From assembly GCA_002691385.1 (NCBI GenBank), contig NZHT01000091.1, positions 4,843-68,842 of the forward strand: a DNA stretch of 64,000 nucleotides, written 5' to 3'. Below are positions 28,040-38,800 of this stretch, piece by piece. A model generated the notes under the pieces. The model was not told where the DNA came from, did no database searches, and saw only the letters and a list, made by a program, of their open reading frames with translations. The DNA is from Flammeovirgaceae bacterium. GTDB taxonomy: Bacteria; Bacteroidota; Bacteroidia; Cytophagales; Cyclobacteriaceae. Position numbers and translations under genes: made by a program. The number at the start of each line of letters is the position of its first letter. The stretch's first letter is position 1.

Positions 28040-29197
28040 ATGATTAATAGTGATATAATTTGGAAAAAGATTAATAATACTTTGTCAAAAGAAGAGGAGG
28101 TTGAATTTTCAAAGTGGATTGAAAAAAAAGAGCATCAATTATACTATGAGAAAGCATTACAATATTTTAAAAATGGTTCAAATTTTAAAAATGATGAAAT
28201 AAATATTGAATTAAAATGGGAAAATATTGAATCTAGACTTGTCGATTCAAGGTTGATATCAAAATCTTCTTCAAAATTCATCACTGCAGTAGCTGCAAGT
28301 GTCACCCTACTTATAATTAGTACTTTATTCTTCCTAAACTTAAAGCAGAATAAGGCTCCTCTGATAAGTGAAGCAGTGGTAGAACCAGGTAAATCTAAGG
28401 CGACGCTTATTTTAGATGATGGCGAGAGCTATGAACTGTCTCAAAATAACAATTTTAATTTTTTCTCAGGAGTCACTCAAATCTTAAATAAAGGATCTAA
28501 AATTTCATACATTAAAGATAAATTAAATAATAAAGCATCTTTATCTGAAGAAATCTACCATACTCTTGAAATTCCCCGTGGTGGAGAATATTTTATTGAA
28601 CTCTCAGACGGCACGAAAATTTGGATCAATTCGGATTCCAAGTTAAAATATCCTGTTGAATTTATAGGTCAGATTCGTAATATTGAACTGATAGGAGAGG
28701 CATATTTTGAGATTGCCCATAACTCTGAAAAACCCTTTGTTGTTATTTCAGGCAATCAAAGAGTTGAGGTATTGGGAACTTCTTTTAATATTTCGTCATA
28801 CGAACAAGATGATTTCATTTTGACCACTTTGGTTGAAGGTCAAGTTAAGGTAGAAAATTCCCTGAACGAACTAAACAACACTTATTTGAAGCCCAATCAG
28901 CAGAGTATATTAGATAAAAAAACAGGTTCAATAAAAAGCAAAAATGTGAAAGTTGAAGAATATGTTGCTTGGCAGTCTGGCTGGTTTCGATTTAATGACA
29001 AACCGATATCTCAAATCATGGTTACTCTAGCCAGATGGTATGATCTTGAAGTGCTATTTGAAAATGAAAACATTTCTAAAAAGCATTTTTCAGGAGGATT
29101 TAAGAGGTATGATAGCTTTGATCAAGCTAGAAACATAATTGAGCAGACCGGGGAAATAAATTTTAAAGTACAGGGTAAAAAAGTCACCATTTTATAA
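28040..29197 (+). CDS. FecR-family anti-sigma factor (transmembrane sensor)
   Basis: 385 aa with a single TM segment (FITAVAASVTLLIISTLFFL). It has a FecR domain (LSDGTKIWINSDSKLKYP) and a DUF4974-like C-terminus (LARWYDLEVLFEN). Confidence 0.85.
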   Translation: MINSDIIWKKINNTLSKEEEVEFSKWIEKKEHQLYYEKALQYFKNGSNFKNDEINIELKWENIESRLVDSRLISKSSSKFITAVAASVTLLIISTLFFLNLKQNKAPLISEAVVEPGKSKATLILDDGESYELSQNNNFNFFSGVTQILNKGSKISYIKDKLNNKASLSEEIYHTLEIPRGGEYFIELSDGTKIWINSDSKLKYPVEFIGQIRNIELIGEAYFEIAHNSEKPFVVISGNQRVEVLGTSFNISSYEQDDFILTTLVEGQVKVENSLNELNNTYLKPNQQSILDKKTGSIKSKNVKVEEYVAWQSGWFRFNDKPISQIMVTLARWYDLEVLFENENISKKHFSGGFKRYDSFDQARNIIEQTGEINFKVQGKKVTIL

Positions 29198-29278
29198 ATA
29201 CAAAAAGTTATTGATATCAGACCATTATATACAACAATTCGATATGATTTTTATGCTATTAATCAGGAAAGTAATTAA

Positions 29279-32200
29279 ATGCAATCACTCATAAAAATAT
29301 GTGTTTTGAGTTTTGTGTTGACATGTGTAATCATTAAAGGATTCGCACAAACAGGAAAAATCACTTTGAATTTAACTGATGCAACTTTTGAAACGGTTTT
29401 TGAAAAAATAAGAGAACAAAGCAGCTATGATTTTTTTTACAGTACAGATTTTCTTAAAAATTTGTCTCCCATCTCAATAAATGTTGAGGAGGTTGGGATC
29501 AATGTTGTTTTGGATCAGATAATTCCTAGCGATTTAACTTATGAAATTGAAGATGATATCATTATCCTTAAAAAAAAAAATAATTCGAAAATTATAATGC
29601 CTAATTCAAAAGGAGAAATAGATGAAAAATTACTCATTGGGACCGTGATTGATAAGAACAGTGAAAGTCTTCCTGGTGCAAGTATAGTAATCGAGGGTTC
29701 TTCAAAAGGGACAATAACAAATTTAGATGGAAAATTTAGTTTAATGGTCCCAGAAAATGCCATTATCAATATTTCTTTTATCGGATTTTTATCTCAAAGA
29801 ATTGTTCTTGAGGGACAGGATTCGGTAAATATAATTTTGCTTGAAGATGTGGAAAAGCTCTCTGAGGTTGTGGTGGTGGGATACGGAACACAAAAGAAGA
29901 TTAATTTGACTGGCTCCGTTGCCACAATAGATCAAAAAAAATTAACTGATGTACCTGTTGCCAATAGTGCAAATCTTATTGCAGGAAGGGCACCTGGAGT
30001 GATGGCGAGGCAAAATTCAGGATTGCCAGGAGGCGAAAACACTCAAATTCGGATACGTAGTTTTAGTGAAGCGCCATTAGTTTTAGTAGATGGTGTTCAA
30101 ATGGATTTTTCAAGAGTGGACCCAAACGACATTGCAAGTATCAGTATTTTAAAAGATGCTGCAGCCGCAGTTTATGGGGCACGTGCAGGAAATGGCGTGA
30201 TTTTAGTTACTACCAAAAGGGGTAATATGGGTACATCCAAGATTTCCTACAATTCTAGTATGACTTTTCAATCAGCCACTGCTTTTCTCAATCATGTTAA
30301 ACCTGATCAATATGTAGAAATGGTAAGAGAAGCTAATTTAAACGATTTTGGTGATGCTAATTCTACATTTACTGAAGAAGACTTATCCAAATATCAAAAT
30401 GGAGATTTGGGATATAATGGTGGAAATTGGGTGGACGCCTTAATTAAAAACAATGCACCCATGCAGCAGCACAATCTCAGTGTTTCTGGTGGATCAGGAA
30501 ATATTAAATATTTTACCTCTTTTGGATATACCGATCAAGAGAGTTTTTTCAGGTCTAGAGATTTTGATTATAAAAGGTTTAATGCAAGATCTAATCTTGA
30601 TATCAAATTTAGCGAAGCCATAAGCTTTTCATTAGATCTCTCCTATCGTCAAGATATTAGGAACAGACCAGCTTCTAGTGCACTTTCGAATATTTGGATA
30701 GACTTGGCTACGGCCCAGCCCATCTACGGAACAAATCTTCCTGACAATCTTGTAATTCCTGATCCCAATATCTCCTCGGTTGCCTATTCGGGATCTACTA
30801 CAGGTAATCGAAATCCAATTGCCAGATCTAATAGAGACATTTTTGGTACTTATGATCGATTTGATAATACTTTTCGGGGGAAGATAGGAATTAATTACAG
30901 TATGGTTAGCATAGAAGGCTTAAAATTCAAGGTAGAAATGAATGTTCAGAATTTGAATCGTTCTGAAAAATCATTCAGAAAACCATATAATGTATACAGA
31001 TATTCTGTGCCGCAAGATAGTCTTTACCTTGAAGGTACAGGAAATGCAATTTCATCAGTGTCTGATGAACAATATCGAAGAATCATGTTATATCCTTTGG
31101 CATCACTCCAATACATAAAGGAAATAGGAGTACACAATTTTAATTTTCTCGCCTTGGCAGAGCAAACAACAAGAGAGTTTAGTTCTTTTTCAGCCACAAG
31201 GCGAGAACTATTTACCACCTCAATACCTGAATTATTTATAGGGAATGAAAATGAACAAACCAATAATGGATCTTCGGGTTCGGACATTGGTAGAAAAAGT
31301 TTTGTAAGTAGATTAAATTATCGTTTCATGGATCGTTATTTGTTTGAAACAACCTTGCGAATAGACGGGAATGTCTTATTTGCACCTGATGCTAGATGGG
31401 GTTATTTTCCCAGCTTTTCTGCTGGATGGATCGTTTCAGAGGAATCATTTTTTCGAAAAAATAATCTTATTGATAATTTAAAAATTCGTGTGAGCTACAC
31501 CCAGCTAGGAGATGATTCAGCAAATGGCATTAATGGGTTTGATTATTTAAGTGGATATGGGGCGCAATCAACGTATTTATTTGGGCAAAATGAATCATTA
31601 ACCACCATCCGCACATTGGGTGAAGTGAACCCGTTTTTGACATGGGAGTTGATGACCATGTACAATGCCGCTGTTGAGTTAACTTTTTTTGAAGGACGAG
31701 TACAGTTCGAAGCTGATTACTTCTATCGTAAAAGAGAGAATATATTAAGTATAGATCAACGATCTATAGCAGCTGAGGGTGGATTTGTTTTACCACTTTC
31801 TAATATTAATGTCAGTGATGATAGGGGAATTGAGCTTTACGCTCAGTTCCAACAGAATATAGGAGGTTTAACTTTTGATATTGCTCCAAATCTCACATTT
31901 GCAAAAGAAAAATATATAGTCCGAAGGGATTTAGAAGAATTCACTGATCCAGATGACATTCGAATTAATGGACGTGAGGGTCAGTGGGTAAATAGGCGTT
32001 TTGGCTATTTATCAGATGGGATTTTCATGAGTCAAGATGAGATCAATGACCATTCAATTATTCAAGACGGCAATGGTAACTTGACCCTAAGGCCAGGAGA
32101 TATAAAATATTTGGATCTTGATAATAATGATACAATTAATTTTCGAGATCAGGATGTGATTGGATATGCTGGAAATATTCCTGAATTGTCATATGGACTC

Positions 32201-32695
32201 AATATTAGCGCTACTTATAAAAACTTTAGATTATCAATGTTACTGCAAGGCGCATCTATGTTTAGTATTAATATCAATGGGCCTGCAGCGATCATGTTTA
32301 GCAACGGATCCATACCTCTAGACTACCAATATGATTATGCTTGGCAGCCCCATCCTGATAATCCTTCTGTGAATATCAATCCCAATGCAAAGTTACCGGC
32401 AGCAACTTTTACATCTAGTATCAACAACTCAAGAGTTTCTGATTTTTGGGTTGAAGATGTCAGCTATTTAAGATTCAAAAATATCAACATATCTTATAGC
32501 CTACCCAAACAAATAATTTCAAAAATTGGGATGAGTAACCTACTTCTATATACAGCAGCAGAAAATTTATTTACCTGGACAAATTTAGGGATATTCAAAA
32601 ATTCATTCGACCCAGAATTTGATCCAAATACGCAGTCTACAAGACGCTATCCTATTACCAAATCATTTACTATTGGATTAAGAGCATCTTTATGA
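29279..32695 (+). CDS. susC: SusC/RagA-family TonB-dependent transporter with an N-terminal STN signalling domain
   Basis: 1138 aa. It has an STN-like N-terminus (ITLNLTDATFETVFEKIREQSSYDFFY), a CarboxypepD_reg-like domain (GTVIDKNSESLPGASIVIEGSSKGTITNLDGKFSL) and a TonB box/plug (VVVVGYGTQKK). The C-terminal beta-barrel ends in ...FTIGLRASL. Confidence 0.9.
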   Translation: MQSLIKICVLSFVLTCVIIKGFAQTGKITLNLTDATFETVFEKIREQSSYDFFYSTDFLKNLSPISINVEEVGINVVLDQIIPSDLTYEIEDDIIILKKKNNSKIIMPNSKGEIDEKLLIGTVIDKNSESLPGASIVIEGSSKGTITNLDGKFSLMVPENAIINISFIGFLSQRIVLEGQDSVNIILLEDVEKLSEVVVVGYGTQKKINLTGSVATIDQKKLTDVPVANSANLIAGRAPGVMARQNSGLPGGENTQIRIRSFSEAPLVLVDGVQMDFSRVDPNDIASISILKDAAAAVYGARAGNGVILVTTKRGNMGTSKISYNSSMTFQSATAFLNHVKPDQYVEMVREANLNDFGDANSTFTEEDLSKYQNGDLGYNGGNWVDALIKNNAPMQQHNLSVSGGSGNIKYFTSFGYTDQESFFRSRDFDYKRFNARSNLDIKFSEAISFSLDLSYRQDIRNRPASSALSNIWIDLATAQPIYGTNLPDNLVIPDPNISSVAYSGSTTGNRNPIARSNRDIFGTYDRFDNTFRGKIGINYSMVSIEGLKFKVEMNVQNLNRSEKSFRKPYNVYRYSVPQDSLYLEGTGNAISSVSDEQYRRIMLYPLASLQYIKEIGVHNFNFLALAEQTTREFSSFSATRRELFTTSIPELFIGNENEQTNNGSSGSDIGRKSFVSRLNYRFMDRYLFETTLRIDGNVLFAPDARWGYFPSFSAGWIVSEESFFRKNNLIDNLKIRVSYTQLGDDSANGINGFDYLSGYGAQSTYLFGQNESLTTIRTLGEVNPFLTWELMTMYNAAVELTFFEGRVQFEADYFYRKRENILSIDQRSIAAEGGFVLPLSNINVSDDRGIELYAQFQQNIGGLTFDIAPNLTFAKEKYIVRRDLEEFTDPDDIRINGREGQWVNRRFGYLSDGIFMSQDEINDHSIIQDGNGNLTLRPGDIKYLDLDNNDTINFRDQDVIGYAGNIPELSYGLNISATYKNFRLSMLLQGASMFSININGPAAIMFSNGSIPLDYQYDYAWQPHPDNPSVNINPNAKLPAATFTSSINNSRVSDFWVEDVSYLRFKNINISYSLPKQIISKIGMSNLLLYTAAENLFTWTNLGIFKNSFDPEFDPNTQSTRRYPITKSFTIGLRASL
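29570..29580 (+). repeat. A11 homopolymer inside susC (codons LKKKN), at the STN/CarboxypepD_reg junction
   Basis: Counted directly: 11 consecutive A at 29570-29580. It is the longest homopolymer I noticed in the window. Confidence 0.9.
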
Positions 32696-34437
32696 TAAAT
32701 ATCAAAACCATAAGGCCCAATTTATTATTCTTTTGCCTAGCTATCTTGCCTTTTGCTTGTAAGGATCCTTTCGAGCTTACAAGAAATGATATTATTTCTG
32801 ATGAAATAGTTTTTAATGATGCAGTCCTAGCGGATGCCTTTCTCTTTGACTTATATGATCGTTCTCTTTTCCATATTAAATCAGGAAATGGGAATTTGAA
32901 TATGGGATTGATAAGTGCACTAGGTGGAGAATCAAGAAATTACGGGATATCATGGCAAACTCCATACACACAAGTTATTGACTTTGATTATGATGCCAAT
33001 GGTTTGAATGGAAAGGTACTTGACTATTATGATTATAATTTAATTCGGGAGTGTAATCAATTAATTAACCGATTACCCCTTTCAGAAAGTCTGGATCAAG
33101 ATTTTATAAATGTCCGTACTGCTGAGGCAAGATTTATAAGGGCTTTTGCCTATTTTGAAATGGCAAAAAGATTCGGAGGGGTGCCCCTAATTACTAATGT
33201 AATTCCAGTTCAAGGATCTTCAGATGAATTATATAGAGCACGCAATTCTGAAAAAGAAATTTATGATTTCATATGGATGGAAATGGATGAAATTGCTGAG
33301 ATTTTGCCATCTGTTGCTGAGATAGATGGAAGAATTGACAAATGGACGGCACTTGCTTTAAAGAGTAGAGCGATGCTATATGCTGCTAGTGTTGCGAATT
33401 ATGGTACTGAGCAGTTAGATGGCTTGCTAGGTTTCCCCCAAAGTGATGCGAATACTTATTATCAGGCGTCTCTAGATGCCTCTAAAGTAATAATTGACTC
33501 TGGGCCATTTTCACTTTATCGATTGTCAGCAGATCCAGTCCAAAATTTCGGTAATCTCTTTATAGATGAAGAAACAAATTCAGAGGTAATTTTTAAGGAA
33601 AAATATGATTATGATGCTCAAAAAAGTCATCAATGGGATGCTTTGGCACAGCCCTCTGGGTTTGGCTTTAATTGGAGCTCAAATTATACAGTATACCTTG
33701 AGACATTGGAACAATTTGATTTTATTGATGGAACAACGGGTCGTGTAGATCAATCATGGTACGATGATACGACTCCTATTGATCCAAATTGGTTTTTTGA
33801 AGATAGAGATCCTCGGATGCGTGCATCTATATTTTATCCAGGATCGTCATTCAAGTCAGGTACGGTATTCTTTCACAGAAGTATGTCAGGTGTGAAAGAG
33901 GGCTGGCCCAATGCAGGACCAACAAAGCATACGGGCAGTCTGGCTACTGGATTACTTATCAGAAAAAGGACCAATCCAAATACACCCGATGCTACAAGAT
34001 CAAATACAGACTTTATTGTTTTCCGATTAGGAGAAATCATTCTCAATTATGTTGAAGCTGCATATTATCTAGGAAATCCTAATGGTGATATGCTCGTGCA
34101 TATCAATAATTTGAGAGACCGTGCAGGGATGCCTGATTTAAATGTTGAGGAGTTGACAGAAGCAAAAATTAGACAAGAGCGGAGGTGTGAGTTGGCCTTT
34201 GAAGAACATGTCTTTTGGGATTTAAGAAGATGGAGAATTGCCGTAGAAGAATTGAACAATGTCCAACGTCACAGACTTCATTATCGATACAACGCAAATT
34301 CAGAAATGTATACTATTGAGATGGCTGATGGCGATGCCGGTGGTGTTCGGCTTCATCCTGAAAGAAATTATTACTACGCATTGGGATTGGCTCGCCTTGC
34401 AGATAATCCAAAGCTCATTGAAAATCCTGGTTACTAA
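32692..34437 (+). CDS. susD: SusD/RagB-family nutrient-binding outer-membrane lipoprotein
   Basis: 581 aa with lipobox LPFACKD and TPR-like SusD motifs (RFIRAFAYFEMAKRFGGVPL, FRLGEIILNYVEAAYYLG, ERRCELAFEEHVFWDLRRW). The start overlaps the susC stop (ATGA). Confidence 0.9.
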   Translation: MINIKTIRPNLLFFCLAILPFACKDPFELTRNDIISDEIVFNDAVLADAFLFDLYDRSLFHIKSGNGNLNMGLISALGGESRNYGISWQTPYTQVIDFDYDANGLNGKVLDYYDYNLIRECNQLINRLPLSESLDQDFINVRTAEARFIRAFAYFEMAKRFGGVPLITNVIPVQGSSDELYRARNSEKEIYDFIWMEMDEIAEILPSVAEIDGRIDKWTALALKSRAMLYAASVANYGTEQLDGLLGFPQSDANTYYQASLDASKVIIDSGPFSLYRLSADPVQNFGNLFIDEETNSEVIFKEKYDYDAQKSHQWDALAQPSGFGFNWSSNYTVYLETLEQFDFIDGTTGRVDQSWYDDTTPIDPNWFFEDRDPRMRASIFYPGSSFKSGTVFFHRSMSGVKEGWPNAGPTKHTGSLATGLLIRKRTNPNTPDATRSNTDFIVFRLGEIILNYVEAAYYLGNPNGDMLVHINNLRDRAGMPDLNVEELTEAKIRQERRCELAFEEHVFWDLRRWRIAVEELNNVQRHRLHYRYNANSEMYTIEMADGDAGGVRLHPERNYYYALGLARLADNPKLIENPGY

Positions 34438-35807
34438 TGGTGAAAAAGATAAAAATCATATTAGTTTTTTTAGTTCTTGGCTTTTTCATTAAATGCGGAG
34501 AGGAGACATTGAATGTTTCTAGAAGTCAACGTGCTGAAGAGGTGGGTACTGGAATTATTGAGGAAGTCGTAGATAAAAAAGGTATCGGTATGTCCTCTAA
34601 GCAGATTACTTGGTCAACAAGAGTAGGTCGATTAAAACCATTTTGGTATTATGCTTGGAACCGTGACCTAAAAGAAAATATTCCTGATAGTGTAGAGTTT
34701 GTTCCCATGTTTTGGGGAGCAAGTAGCGTTACCGATGATGCCATCGAGAACATGAAAGCACTTGCCGATGCGGGAAAAGTTAAATATATATTGGGCTTTA
34801 ATGAACCCGATCTAGAGAGTCAGGCAGACATGAGCGTAGATGAGGCGATTGCTTTATGGCCAAAACTTGAAAAAATAGGCGTTCCACTTGGAAGTCCAGC
34901 ACCTGCATTGATCAGCAACGGTTGGTTGGAAGAATTTATGAGTAAGGCAGTAGCTCAAAATCTGAGAGTTGATTTTGTTTGTCTTCACCTTTATAAGCAG
35001 AACAATCCTCAACTCTTTTTAGATGATGTCGATATTACCTTCGAGGCATATGGTAAACCCATTTGGATTACAGAAATGTCTGTAGTTGATGATCAAGCAG
35101 AAACAGTAGCAGACAATGAATTGACATATTCTGAGGTTTTAGGAACGATGAGGGCATTATTACCTGGGCTTTATTCCAGAGATCATGTAACTAGATTTGC
35201 TTGGTTTTCAGCAACAAAGGACTCTCCTAATTTTCCACGAAACGCATCTTCCATACTTTTTGATGAAGATGACAATTTAACAGAGCTTGGTGAGTATTAT
35301 TCGAGGTACAAACCAAACGCTGTAGCTGGTAGCGGCACTGATCCAATCATAGAAATTGTTGAAGAAGTTCCCGGAAATTTACTTCAAAATGGAACGTTTG
35401 AAACCGGACAAATCGATCCCTGGTTAGGATTTAAAAATGCAGTACTCACCGCTACCGTTCAAGAACCTAATACCGGAAATTATCTAGGAAGAATAGAACC
35501 ACATGATGGATCAATCTATCAGCTGATCACTGTTGAGCCGGGTAAAACCTACACGTTAAACTTTTTCCATAGATTTAAAACTACTCCACCAAATACTTTT
35601 AATGGAGTATTGAGAAATGAAGAGGGAGATAAAGCAAGATTTGTAGAATACTCAATTCCAATGACAGATGTTTGGACAGAGAATGCGATTGAATTCACAG
35701 TTCCAGAGGGTATTCAAACTGCGAGACTGGTATTTTATAAGCCTCAATTAGACCCTATGTTACCAACTTTCTTTTTAGACGATATTTCGATAATCAAAAA
35801 TCCTTAA
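34437..35807 (+). CDS. GH128-like (Pfam Glyco_hydro_cc type) glycoside hydrolase lipoprotein with a C-terminal CBM4/9-like domain
   Basis: 456 aa with lipobox FFIKCG. The clan GH-A-like catalytic core has WYYAWN, GFNEPD (putative acid/base Glu), FVCLHLY and PIWITEMSV (putative nucleophile Glu). The C-terminal segment NLLQNGTFETGQIDPW... is typical of CBM_4_9. The start overlaps the susD stop (TAATG). Confidence 0.7.
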   Translation: MVKKIKIILVFLVLGFFIKCGEETLNVSRSQRAEEVGTGIIEEVVDKKGIGMSSKQITWSTRVGRLKPFWYYAWNRDLKENIPDSVEFVPMFWGASSVTDDAIENMKALADAGKVKYILGFNEPDLESQADMSVDEAIALWPKLEKIGVPLGSPAPALISNGWLEEFMSKAVAQNLRVDFVCLHLYKQNNPQLFLDDVDITFEAYGKPIWITEMSVVDDQAETVADNELTYSEVLGTMRALLPGLYSRDHVTRFAWFSATKDSPNFPRNASSILFDEDDNLTELGEYYSRYKPNAVAGSGTDPIIEIVEEVPGNLLQNGTFETGQIDPWLGFKNAVLTATVQEPNTGNYLGRIEPHDGSIYQLITVEPGKTYTLNFFHRFKTTPPNTFNGVLRNEEGDKARFVEYSIPMTDVWTENAIEFTVPEGIQTARLVFYKPQLDPMLPTFFLDDISIIKNP

Positions 35808-35842
35808 TTTATATGCTTTTAACTAATGTAAACCCCAATGCT

Positions 35843-38800
35843 ATGAAAAAGATTTCCCTTTCCTTATTATTTTCTTTAATATCTATAATTGCTTTCAGTC
35901 AAAATAACTTCACCAACGGAGGTGGCGATCATCTTTGGTCGAATGCCGCCAACTGGTCCGGAAGTGTCCCAAATTCAGCTACCGCAAAAGTTGTTATTAA
36001 AAATGCATCTGTAATTGTTGATGGAAACTATACAGTTGGCCAATTTAAATTGCCCAATGCAAACGGAGGTGGTGTTGCGACGGTAACGGTGACCAATGCT
36101 AATAATGGGGTCTTAACGATTACGGGACAAGGAGTTACCCAACCTGTTCAACTAAATTTGAATGGACAAGATCTAATCTTTAATTGCCCTGTAGTGTTTG
36201 ATGCTACTGAAAATGAGACTGAAACTTTCAGATTTAATAGTGGAAATCAATCTATTACTTTTGGTGCGGGTCACACACTAACAGTAAATGACGAAATTAC
36301 ATTTACAGCTGTAAATCTAACGAGTGATCTGCATTTTAATGGCTCAACTGCGGGCAATGGAAATCTTAATTTTGGGGTAAAAACTGATGTATATTTTGGA
36401 TCAGGATATAATGGTTCCAATTACGGTGGAACACTACGTGTTGGTGGTGGTACGGGAAACAATGCTGTTGTTTTAACCTCTAACGTAGCTGACAATGGAA
36501 CTTTTCTCAAATCTGGTGGCTTGATCCAAGTTGATCAGCAGGGAGGTACTGTTAATGTAAATGGGGCCAACACATTAAAAGGAAATATTACTTTAACGGG
36601 TGCGAATAGTTTGACGTTAGATGTCAACAAAAATCAATCTGCCGTTGGCGTAATAACTATGGGAACCGGTACTTTAACCCTAGCCGTTGATGCTGCAGTT
36701 ACTTCTATTGCTTTTGCAGATGCTTCCGGTGCAACTTGGGGTAATGGTAGTGCGCTTGCAATAACTGGCGCTGCAGACAATGAAATTTCCTTTGGATCAG
36801 ATGCTAATGGTCTTACAAACGCACAACTTGCGCAGGTTACTTTAGCAGGGTCAACTCCAGCTATCGATGGATCAGGACAACTTGCTGCACCTTCAATTGT
36901 AGTTTCAACATTTAATAACGCTGGTGGAGACAATTTGTGGTCTAATGCTGGTAATTGGTCTGCTGGCATACCAACCGAGAATACAGCGAAAATTACTGTC
37001 GATGCAAATCTCATAGTTGATGCAAGCAAAACTATTGCCCAATTTATAATGGCAAGCTCAGCAGCCAGTACAGTAACCGTTACTGCTACCAATAATGCAA
37101 CTCTTACAATTACTGGAGTCGGTGTAACTCAGCCGATTCAAAACAACAAAAGTGGAGGAAATATCGTTTTTAATCTCCCAGTAGTTTTTGATTCATCTGA
37201 GGGGGCAACTGAAACTCTTAGAATGAATAGTGGTAACGATCAATCCGTTACTTTTGGTGCAAGTCATAGTCTGACACTCAATGATGAGCTTACTGTGACA
37301 GGTGTCAATACAAATCATGATTTAAATTTAAATGGAAATCTTTTAGGTGCGGGAAACTTGAAATTTGGGTCAAAAACCCAAGCTAATTTTGGATCTGGTT
37401 TCAATGGAGCTAATTACAACGGTAGTCTGGAAATTGCTGGCGGATCAGGTAATAATGCAGTTACAGCAATATCAAATGTAGCAGATGATGGAACATTTCT
37501 AAAGGCTGGTGGCGTAATTAATGTTACCCAAACCAATGGAACACTCACTATAAATGGAGCCAATACATTAAAAGGTAATATCGCTTTAAGTGTAGCTAAC
37601 ACGCTTGCGCTCAATATAAATAAAAATCAATCTGCAGTGGGTACAATTACTATGGGTAGTGGTACTTTAACATTGGCTGTTGATGCAGCAGTTACATCCA
37701 TTGCCTTTGCAGATAATTCTTCTGCTAGTTGGGGCACGGGAACTCTTGCCATTACTGGTGCTACAGATAATGAAGTAAAATTTGGAACTAACGCAAGTGG
37801 GGTTACTTCAGACCAGTTAGCCCAAATTACACTGGCAGGATCAGCAGTTCAAATTAATTCATCGGGACAAATCTCTCCCCTTTCAATTGTAGTTTCAACA
37901 TTCAACAATGGTGGCGGCGATAATTTGTGGTCCAATGCTGCTAATTGGTCTGCTGGCATACCAACCGAGAATACAGCGAAAATTACTGTCGATTCAAATC
38001 TCATCGTTGATGCAAGCAAAACTATTGCCCAATTTATAATGGCAAGCTCAGCAGCCAGTACAGTAACCGTTACTGCTACCAATAATGCAACGCTCACAAT
38101 TACTGGAGTCGGGGTAACCCAGCCTATTCAAAATAATAAGAATGGAGGAAATATCGTTTTTAATCTCCCAGTAGTTTTTGATTCATCTGAGGGGGCAACT
38201 GAAACTCTTAGAATGAATAGTGGTGGAGATCAATCCGTTACTTTTGGTGCAAGTCACAGTCTGACTCTCAATGATGAGCTTACTGTGACAGGTGTTAATA
38301 AAAATCATGATTTAAATTTGAATGGGAATCTTTTGGGTTCAGGAAACCTGAAATTTGGAGTAAAAACTCAAGCTAATTTCGGATCGGGTTTCAGTGGAGC
38401 CAATTATAACGGTAGTCTGGAAATTGCAGGCGGATCAAGTAATAATGAGGTTACAGTAATATCAAATGTAGCGGATGATGGAACATTTCTTAAAGCTGGT
38501 GGTGCAATCAACGTAACGCAGCCCGCTGGAACACTTACTATAAATGGAGCCAATACATTAAAAGGTAATATCGCTTTAAGTGGAGCCAACTCGCTTGCGC
38601 TCAATGTTAATAAAAATCAATCTGCAGTGGGTACAATTACTATGGGTAGTGGTACTTTAACATTGGCTGTTGATGCAGCAGTTACATCTATTGCCTTTGC
38701 AGATAATTCTTCTGCTGATTGGGGGACTGGAAAACTTGTCATCACAGGGGCAGGAGAAAACGAAGTGGCTTTTGGAACCAATGCTAACGGACTAACATCA

